A stretch of DNA of 13,143 nucleotides from a virus (taxonomy: Duplodnaviria; Heunggongvirae; Uroviricota; Caudoviricetes): the IMG/VR virus record IMGVR_UViG_2579778631_000018. One strand, 5' to 3'. A program made the position numbers and the translations under genes. Positions 7,101 through 13,143 of this stretch are shown in pieces. Each line of letters opens with the position of its first letter. Position 1 is the first letter of the stretch. Below the pieces are notes generated by a model, which had not been told where the DNA came from, did no database searches, and saw only the letters and a program-made list of their open reading frames with translations.

Positions 7101-8919
7101 ACTTACTGAAATCTCGGCTATTGGATACGTTGTAGGATTAGAAGGGGAAAGAATTAGGATAAACCTGCATGAGGGGTTGCAAGGCAGATTAGCATCGCAT
7201 AGAAAGGGGGTGAGCTCAGTAACGCAACCAGGAGATCTTATTGGGTTCGATGCAGGTAATATATTAGTTGTCGCAAGAGTGACAGATATGGCATTTGTTG
7301 AAGCGGATAAAGCGCATAAGGCAAATGTAGGCACATCTGATTTAGCTGATATACCTCTAAGACAAATTATCGCCTATGCAATTGGCTTTGTGAAAAGGGA
7401 GTTAAATGGTTATGTTTTTATATCAGAAGATTGGCGCTTACCTGCATTGGGTTCTTCTGCTGTTCCTTTGACTTCAGATTTTTTGAACATCATTTATAGT
7501 ATTGATAAAGAAGAACTCCCAAAAGCGGTTGAATTAGGTGTGGATTCTCGAACTAAAACCGTTAAGATATTTGCAAGTGTTGATAAATTATTGTCGCGAC
7601 ACTTAGCCGTTCTTGGTAGTACAGGATATGGTAAATCAAATTTCAATGCTTTGTTAACGAGGAAGGTTTCTGAAAAATACCCTAACTCAAGAATAGTTAT
7701 TTTTGACATAAATGGTGAATACGCGCAAGCTTTTACAGGTATTCCAAATGTAAAGCACACTATTCTAGGGGAATCCCCAAATGTTGATAGTTTGGAAAAA
7801 AATCAGCAAAAGGGTGAGCTATATAGTGAAGAGTATTATTGTTATAAAAAGATACCATATCAGGCATTAGGTTTTGCTGGGTTAATTAAATTATTAAGAC
7901 CAAGTGATAAAACACAATTGCCCGCATTAAGAAATGCATTAAGTGCAATTAATCGGACTCATTTTAAAGGCCGTAATATTTACTTGGAAAAAGATGATGG
8001 TGAAACTTTTCTTTTGTATGATGATTGTCGTGACACAAATCAAAGTAAATTGGCTGAGTGGTTGGATTTATTAAGGCGTAGACGTCTTAAAAGAACGAAT
8101 GTATGGCCACCGTTTAAAAGTTTAGCGACTTTGGTTGCTGAATTTGGATGTGTAGCTGCTGACCGTTCTAATGGAAGTAAACGTGACGCGTTTGGTTTTA
8201 GTAACGTGTTGCCATTGGTAAAAATCATACAACAACTTGCAGAGGATATAAGATTTAAATCTATTGTTAATTTAAATGGAGGGGGTGAGCTAGCAGATGG
8301 TGGAACGCATTGGGATAAAGCTATGAGTGATGAAGTTGATTACTTCTTTGGTAAGGAAAAAGGACAAGAAAATGATTGGAATGTTCATATAGTTAATATG
8401 AAAAATTTGGCACAAGATCATGCTCCAATGTTACTTAGTGCATTGTTGGAGATGTTTGCTGAGATACTATTTAGACGTGGGCAGGAACGTTCGTATCCTA
8501 CGGTACTTTTGTTGGAAGAAGCGCATCATTACCTGCGTGACCCTTATGCTGAAATTGACTCACAGATTAAAGCATATGAACGACTTGCTAAAGAAGGTAG
8601 GAAATTCAAATGCTCTTTAATTGTCAGTACTCAGCGACCCTCAGAGCTTTCTCCTACTGTTTTGGCAATGTGTTCAAACTGGTTTTCGTTACGTTTGACT
8701 AATGAAAGAGATTTACAGGCACTCAGATATGCAATGGAAAGCGGTAATGAACAAATCTTAAAACAAATATCAGGTTTACCAAGAGGTGATGCTGTTGCAT
8801 TTGGTTCTGCATTTAATTTGCCTGTAAGAATTTCAATTAATCAAGCAAGGCCAGGGCCAAAATCTTCAGATGCTGTTTTTTCTGAAGAATGGGCTAATTG
8901 TACAGAATTACGTTGTTAA
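7087..8919 (+). CDS. herA: HerA-family P-loop ATPase, defence-associated (about 610 aa)
   Basis: ATG at 7087 with a strong AAAGGAG SD 6 nt upstream; the ORF-track start at 7036 is a TTG. Walker A GSTGYGKS (nt 7615-7638), downstream VIFDINGEY, Walker B VLLLEEAHHY and LIVSTQRPSEL, all typical of HerA/FtsK-type ATPases. An N-terminal region of about 175 aa before the P-loop is consistent with a HAS-barrel. Confidence 0.8.
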   Translation: MSLFKLTEISAIGYVVGLEGERIRINLHEGLQGRLASHRKGVSSVTQPGDLIGFDAGNILVVARVTDMAFVEADKAHKANVGTSDLADIPLRQIIAYAIGFVKRELNGYVFISEDWRLPALGSSAVPLTSDFLNIIYSIDKEELPKAVELGVDSRTKTVKIFASVDKLLSRHLAVLGSTGYGKSNFNALLTRKVSEKYPNSRIVIFDINGEYAQAFTGIPNVKHTILGESPNVDSLEKNQQKGELYSEEYYCYKKIPYQALGFAGLIKLLRPSDKTQLPALRNALSAINRTHFKGRNIYLEKDDGETFLLYDDCRDTNQSKLAEWLDLLRRRRLKRTNVWPPFKSLATLVAEFGCVAADRSNGSKRDAFGFSNVLPLVKIIQQLAEDIRFKSIVNLNGGGELADGGTHWDKAMSDEVDYFFGKEKGQENDWNVHIVNMKNLAQDHAPMLLSALLEMFAEILFRRGQERSYPTVLLLEEAHHYLRDPYAEIDSQIKAYERLAKEGRKFKCSLIVSTQRPSELSPTVLAMCSNWFSLRLTNERDLQALRYAMESGNEQILKQISGLPRGDAVAFGSAFNLPVRISINQARPGPKSSDAVFSEEWANCTELRC

Positions 8920-9076
8920 TTACCTGATGTACATGGCTAGTGCAAGTTGGTAGCGCATGTCTATATGCATTTATTTGCATGTGTTTTATTGAGTGAGCGC
9001 ACAAGCTTGATGACCCGACAGGTATGTATTTAGACTGAATTTACACCTGCATTAAAACCGCCCCACGAAGCGGGCG

Positions 9077-9095
9077 GGCGAGGCGGGGAAAGCAC
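9077..9095. other. cos site: 19-nt P2-type cohesive-end sequence GGCGAGGCGGGGAAAGCAC
   Basis: Exact match to the P2 cohesive-end sequence as I recall it, located between the cargo genes and Q, where cos lies in a P2 prophage. Confidence 0.75.
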
Positions 9096-9235
9096 TGCGC
9101 GCTGGCGGTGGTGCTGATTTTATTTTTTCAGCGTCTGAGCGCGTCGTGATGGCGTTTAGATTGTTCGCCGGGGCGTTGGTGTGTCTGCGGGATGTTTTGT
9201 GCGGTGGTGAGCGTGTGAGGGCGTGATGACAGGGT

Positions 9236-9258
9236 GTAAAAAGCCGCCCGCAGGCGGC
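9236..9258 (-). terminator. Intrinsic terminator downstream of Q (end of the P-Q late transcript)
   Basis: On the minus strand: GC stem gccgcc / ggcggc with a 4-nt loop, followed by TTTTT, immediately 3' of the Q stop codon (9264-9266). Confidence 0.55.
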
Positions 9259-9263
9259 GATGT

Positions 9264-10298
9264 TCAGCCGTTGTCAGTGTCCAGTGAGTAGTTTTTAAAG
9301 CGGATGACCTCCTGACCTAGCCAGCCGTTTATCTCGCGGATCCTGTCCTGTAACGGGATAAGCTCATTGCGGACAAAGACCTTTGCCACTTTCTCAATAT
9401 CACCCAGCGACCCGACGTTCTCCGGCTTGCCGCCCATCAACTGAAAAGGGATGCGGTGCGCGTCCAGCAGGTCTGCGGCGCTGGCTTTTTTGATATTAAA
9501 AAAATCGTCCTTCGTCGCCACTTCACTGAGCGGGATAATTTTAATGCCGTCGGCTTTCCCCTGTGGGGCATAGAGAAACAGGTTTTTAAAGTTGTTGCGG
9601 CCTTTCGACTTCACCATGTTTTCGCGAAGCATTTCGATATCGTTGCGGTCCTGCACGGCATCGGTGACGTACATGATGTATCCGGCATGTGCGCCGTTTT
9701 CGTAATACTTGCGGCGGAACAGCGTGGCCGACTCATTCAGCCAGGCAGAGTTAAGGGCGCTGAGATATTCCGGCAGGCCGTACAGCTCCTGATTAACATC
9801 GGGCTCCAGCAGGTGAAACACGGAGCCGGGCGCGAAGGCTGTCGGCTCGTTGAAGGACGGCACCCACCAGTAAACATCCTCCTCCACGCCACGGCGGGTA
9901 TATTTTGCCGGTGAGGTTTCCAGTCTGATGACCTTACCGGTGGTGCTGTAACGCTTTTCCAGAAACGCATTACCGAACACCAGAAAATCCAGCACAAAGC
10001 GGCTGAAATCCTGTTGCGAAAGCCACGGATGCGGGATAAATGTCGAGGCCAGAATATTGCGTTTAACGTAAATCGGTGAGCTGTGATGCACGGCAGCACG
10101 CAGGCTTTTCGCCAGACCGGTAAAGCTGACCGGTGGCTCATACCATCTGCCGTTACTGATGCATTCGACGTAATTCAGAATGTCACGGCGGTCGAGTACC
10201 GGTACCGGCTCACCAAAGGTGAATGCCTCCATTTTCGGGGCGCTGGCGGTGATTGTTTTTGCCGCAGGTTGCGGTGTTTTCCCTTTTTTCTTGCTCAT
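9264..10298 (-). CDS. Q: Portal protein gpQ (344 aa)
   Basis: 344 aa, identical in length to P2 gpQ (from memory). Its start codon overlaps the P stop (ATGA) and it lies between cos and P, as in P2. Confidence 0.85.
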   Translation of the reverse strand: MSKKKGKTPQPAAKTITASAPKMEAFTFGEPVPVLDRRDILNYVECISNGRWYEPPVSFTGLAKSLRAAVHHSSPIYVKRNILASTFIPHPWLSQQDFSRFVLDFLVFGNAFLEKRYSTTGKVIRLETSPAKYTRRGVEEDVYWWVPSFNEPTAFAPGSVFHLLEPDVNQELYGLPEYLSALNSAWLNESATLFRRKYYENGAHAGYIMYVTDAVQDRNDIEMLRENMVKSKGRNNFKNLFLYAPQGKADGIKIIPLSEVATKDDFFNIKKASAADLLDAHRIPFQLMGGKPENVGSLGDIEKVAKVFVRNELIPLQDRIREINGWLGQEVIRFKNYSLDTDNG

Positions 10299-12070
10299 CA
10301 GTAAAACTCCAGAATGGTGGATGTCAGCGGGGTGCTGATACCGGCGGTGAGTGGCTCATTTAACAGGGCGTGCATGGTCGCCCAGGCGAGGTCGGCGTGG
10401 CTGGCTTCCTCGCTGCGGCTGGCCTCATAGGTGGCGCTGCGTCCGCTGCTGGTCATGGTCTTGCGGATAGCCATAAACGAGCTGGTGATGTCGGTGGCGC
10501 TGACGTCATATTCCAGACAGCCACGGCGAATAACGTCTTTTGCCTTGAGCACCATTGCGGTTTTCATTTCCGGCGTGTAGCGGATATCGCGCGCGGCGGG
10601 ATAGAACGAGCGCACGAGCTGGAACACGCCGACACCGAGGCCGGTGGCATCAATACCGATGTATTCGACGTTGTATTTTTCGGTGAGTTTGCGGATGGAT
10701 TCCGCCTGAGTGGCAAAGTCCATGCCTTTCCACTGGTGACGCTCAAGTATTCTGAATTTGCCACCGGCCACCACCGGCGGTGCCAGCACCACGCATCCGG
10801 CGCTGTCGCCACGGTGTGACGGGTCGTAACCAATCCATACCGGGCGGGAGCCGAACGGATTGGCGGCAAACGGCGCATAGTCTTCCCATTCTTCCAGCGT
10901 GTCGACCATACAGCGTTGCAGCTCCTCGAACGGGAACACCGACGCCTTGTCGTCAACAAATTCACACATGAACAGGTTTTTAAAATCGTCGGCGCTGTTT
11001 TCGCGTTTGAGCTGCTCAATGTCGAACAGCGTGCAGCCGCCTTTCAGCGCGTCCTCAATGGTGACAATCTGCCGCCACTGGCCGTCCGCACAGAGAAGCC
11101 CACCGGCAAGGGCGTTATGACTGACGTCGATTTCCACGCGTTCGGCGGCGCTGGCGCGTCCCCGGTTGAACAGTTCACCCGACCAGAACGGGTAGGCGTC
11201 GTGCGCCAGCGTGGACGGGGTGGAGAAATAGGTCGATCGCAGGTGACTCTGTGAGGCCATACCTGATGCCACCTTACGCAGCACCTGAAAATTCGGGATC
11301 CAGAAAATCTCGTCGACGTACAGGTCGCCGTTATGGCTCTGTGCGGTGTTGGAGTTGGTGCCGAGAAAAATCAGTTTTGCGCCGTTATTGCCCAGGACAA
11401 TCGGGTCACCGGTCAGGTCAACGTCAACCAGCCGGGCAAAGGCGATGATGTATTCGCGGAACACATACGCCTGCGTTTTACTGGCCGACAGAAAAATCTG
11501 GTTATGACCGGTTTTCAGGGCGCGCAGCAGCGCCTCGCGGGAAAAATAAAACGTCGCGCCAATCTGGCGGGATTTCAGGATATCGCGGATGCGGTGCTCA
11601 AGCCCGGCGCGATACCAGTGCAACTGATATTCGAAAGACTGCTCAAAGAAAATCTGCTCCAGCTTTTCGATGGCCTCGTCGCTGAAAAAATTCTTTTTCG
11701 GTTTGCGACGCCCGCCTTTGTTGCGGTTAGCGACGTTCGGATTAAGGTCTGCTTCGTTGCCGGTCTGGCTGTAGCGGTTGACCCGTGCCAGTCGTTCAAT
11801 CTGGCGTCCGAGCAGGTCAATTTCCTTGAAGTCACCGCCGGTTTTCTGCGGTTTGATGATGAGCTGGGTCAGCCGCGCTTCCAGACTCATTTCGACACGG
11901 CTGATGGGGGCAACGCTGTCCCAGCCGTCGCGCTGTTTCCAGCTCTGCACCGTCGGGCGTTTCATCTGCAACATGGCGGCAATCTGCGGCACGGAAAACC
12001 CCTGCCAGTACAGCAGCGCCGCCTGACGACGCGGGTCGTGTAAAAGAGTGGTGTCTGTGGTGATGGTCAT
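10298..12070 (-). CDS. P: Terminase large (ATPase) subunit gpP (590 aa)
   Basis: ATG at 12070-12068 with GAGG 8 nt upstream gives 590 aa, the P2 gpP length as I recall; the ORF track extends to an upstream TTG at 12100. Gene order cos-Q-P is conserved. Confidence 0.85.
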   Translation of the reverse strand: MTITTDTTLLHDPRRQAALLYWQGFSVPQIAAMLQMKRPTVQSWKQRDGWDSVAPISRVEMSLEARLTQLIIKPQKTGGDFKEIDLLGRQIERLARVNRYSQTGNEADLNPNVANRNKGGRRKPKKNFFSDEAIEKLEQIFFEQSFEYQLHWYRAGLEHRIRDILKSRQIGATFYFSREALLRALKTGHNQIFLSASKTQAYVFREYIIAFARLVDVDLTGDPIVLGNNGAKLIFLGTNSNTAQSHNGDLYVDEIFWIPNFQVLRKVASGMASQSHLRSTYFSTPSTLAHDAYPFWSGELFNRGRASAAERVEIDVSHNALAGGLLCADGQWRQIVTIEDALKGGCTLFDIEQLKRENSADDFKNLFMCEFVDDKASVFPFEELQRCMVDTLEEWEDYAPFAANPFGSRPVWIGYDPSHRGDSAGCVVLAPPVVAGGKFRILERHQWKGMDFATQAESIRKLTEKYNVEYIGIDATGLGVGVFQLVRSFYPAARDIRYTPEMKTAMVLKAKDVIRRGCLEYDVSATDITSSFMAIRKTMTSSGRSATYEASRSEEASHADLAWATMHALLNEPLTAGISTPLTSTILEFY

Positions 12071-12243
12071 GAATACCTCGCCGTGATGAATACACGGCAA
12101 GGCTACTGAGTCGCGCCCCGCGATTCGCTAAGGTGCTGTTGTGTCAGTGATAAGCCATCCGGGACTGATGGCGGAGGATGCGTATCGTCGGGAAACTGAT
12201 GCCGACATGTGACTCCTCTAATCACTATTCAGGACTCCTGACA
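12071..12243. promoter_or_regulatory. Divergent late-promoter region between P (-) and O (+)
   Basis: Positional: in P2 this intergenic region carries the Ogr-dependent late promoters for the PQ and ONMLKRS operons. A partial dyad tgtga-N9-tcact is visible at about 12208-12226, but I found no exact TGT-N12-ACA element. Confidence 0.4.
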
Positions 12244-12360
12244 ATGGCAAAAAAAGTCTCAAAATTCTTTCGTATCGGCGTTGCGTATTTTCATGAAAGG
12301 AGATCACTCAATAACTTCCATCGAGATCGGGTAATAACATTTGAACAGATCGCTGAATAA
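12244..12360 (+). pseudogene. O: Capsid scaffold gene O, truncated by insertion (first about 13 codons intact)
   Basis: ATG at 12244 encodes MAKKVSKFFRIGV, which matches the P2 gpO N-terminus as I recall it (MAKKVSKFFRIGVEG...). The frame then reads unrelated sequence and stops at 12358-12360. The ORF-track start at 12178 is an upstream in-frame ATG, probably not used. Confidence 0.65.
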
Positions 12361-12419
12361 CATCGATGGAGATCACTTTTGACTCATTTTGTTATTCAGT
12401 GATCTCCATCAATGTTATT
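12354..12419. repeat. Imperfect inverted repeat of about 22 bp (tgaataacatcgatggagatcac / its complement, 1 mismatch), 20-bp spacer
   Basis: Read directly from the sequence: 12354-12377 versus 12398-12419. A further direct copy of ggagatcact lies at about 12299-12308. Lies in the presumed IS terminal region, upstream of istA. Confidence 0.6.
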
Positions 12420-12474
12420 GGAACTTCACAGGTGTGTTGATCTGTATCTTTTGCCATTCCGGTAAAGGATACCT

Positions 12475-13143
12475 ATGCCAACAGTTCCAATTTCTATGAG
12501 AAAACTTAAAGAAATTCTTAGGCTTAAATACGGTGTTGGACTCAGCCATCGACAAATTGGTCGTAGTCTTGCAATCTCCCCTTCCGTTGTATCCAGATAT
12601 GCTAATCGGGCGGCTCAACTTGGCATAAAGCAGTGGCCCTTACCTACAGGATGGGATGATACAAAACTAAAACATGCGTTCCTTCAGACCCAGGTTAAGA
12701 TGAAGAAGCACTCTCTGCCTGACTGGGCTACAGTACACCGGGAACTGCGTAATAAATGCGTGACGCTGCAGCTACTCTGGGAAGAATACTGTGAGCGTAA
12801 TCCAGGCGGTTTTTACAGCTATAACCATTACTGCCGGATGTACCGTGAATGGCTCAAAACCACTTCACCATCAATGCGTCAGGTACATAAAGCTGGCGAA
12901 AAACTTTTCGTTGATTACTGTGGACCTACCGTTGGCGTTACCGACCCTGAGACCGGAGAAATAAGAACTGCTCAGGTCATCGTAGCTGTTCTCGGGGCAT
13001 CAAGTTACACATGGGCAGAGGCCACCTGGTCTCAGCAGCTTGAAGACTGGGTGATGAGTCATGTTCGCTGCTTCCAGTGGTTGGGTGGCGTTCCTGAACT
13101 TGTTGTTCCGGACAATCTGAAAAGCGCCACATCCAGGGCATGT
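12475..13143 (+). CDS. istA: IS21-family transposase IstA, N-terminal 223 codons (3' partial)
   Basis: ATG at 12475 with AAAGGA 5 nt upstream; the frame is open to the window end. N-terminal HTH MPTVPISMRKLKEILRLKYGVGLSHRQIGRSLAISPSVVSRY is characteristic of IstA, followed by the start of the DDE core (KLFVDYCGPTVGV...). Absent from the ORF track because no stop falls in the window. Confidence 0.8.
   Translation, partial: MPTVPISMRKLKEILRLKYGVGLSHRQIGRSLAISPSVVSRYANRAAQLGIKQWPLPTGWDDTKLKHAFLQTQVKMKKHSLPDWATVHRELRNKCVTLQLLWEEYCERNPGGFYSYNHYCRMYREWLKTTSPSMRQVHKAGEKLFVDYCGPTVGVTDPETGEIRTAQVIVAVLGASSYTWAEATWSQQLEDWVMSHVRCFQWLGGVPELVVPDNLKSATSRAC

Larger units (their letters stand above)
12283..13143 (+). 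mobile_element. IS21-family insertion sequence, left part (continues beyond window end)
   Basis: Homology to O is lost at about 12282-12284. About 190 bp of repeat-rich leader is followed by an istA-like transposase gene. The exact left terminus is uncertain (somewhere in 12281-12440); the right end and target-site duplication are off-window. Confidence 0.65.

Noticed and set aside
6537-7760. Minus-strand ORFs of 84-110 aa (6537-6791, 7002-7334, 7494-7760) inside the SIR2 and HerA genes
   Set aside because: They are antisense to strongly supported coding sequence and have no RBS or recognisable motifs. Their composition makes them look like chance frames.
5847-8919. Whether the cargo is a P2 Old (OLD-family ATPase + Toprim nuclease) or Tin homologue
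   Set aside because: The ATPase has HerA-type motifs (FDINGEY, STQRP) rather than an ABC-like OLD ATPase with a C-terminal Toprim domain, and its partner has SIR2 motifs.
9456-12095. Long antisense or alternative-frame ORFs within Q and P (for example 9456-9914 +, 9737-10141 -, 11333-12043 +, 10564-11019 -)
   Set aside because: These are typical spurious open frames in GC-rich coding DNA. The Q and P frames are supported by length, gene order and start-stop coupling.
12178-12243. Upstream in-frame ATG at 12178 extending O by 22 codons
   Set aside because: The recognisable gpO N-terminus begins at ATG 12244. The extension lies in the P-O divergent promoter region, so it is probably not translated.
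12415-12618. Minus-strand 67-aa ORF overlapping the istA start
   Set aside because: It is antisense to the well-supported IstA N-terminal HTH coding region and has no RBS.
1-13143. CRISPR arrays, tRNA or rRNA genes, attL/attR core
   Set aside because: No regularly spaced direct repeats or tRNA-like cloverleaf regions were seen. The int 3' end abuts the window start, so the attachment site lies outside the window.

Overview
This window is a segment of an integrated P2-family (Peduovirus-like) prophage of an enterobacterial host, carrying a two-gene SIR2 + HerA anti-phage defence operon as cargo. All calls rest on reading motifs and gene order against what I recall of phage P2; no database search was run. 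Gene order, left to right: integrase (-, 3' end at base 1, so attL lies off-window), immunity repressor C (-), then the rightward early operon: cox-like gene, a small ORF, gene B, three small accessory ORFs plus a TraR/DksA-type zinc-finger ORF, and replication gene A (HUH rolling-circle initiator). Next comes a low-GC island at 5732-8919, sitting exactly where P2 carries its tin/old morons (between gene A and cos). It encodes a SIR2-family protein (GAGAS / TTNYD / LHGS motifs) overlapping a HerA-family ATPase (Walker A, FDINGEY, Walker B EEAH, STQRP). This matches the described SIR2-HerA (Nezha-type) defence class rather than an obviously new system; subtype and novelty cannot be settled without searches. 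After it come the 19-nt P2-type cos sequence, a terminator, portal gene Q (-) and terminase large-subunit gene P (-). The capsid scaffold gene O begins normally (MAKKVSKFFRIGV) but is broken after about 13 codons by an IS21-family insertion whose istA runs off the window end, so the prophage is probably defective for morphogenesis while keeping its defence cargo. No tRNA, rRNA or CRISPR array was seen.
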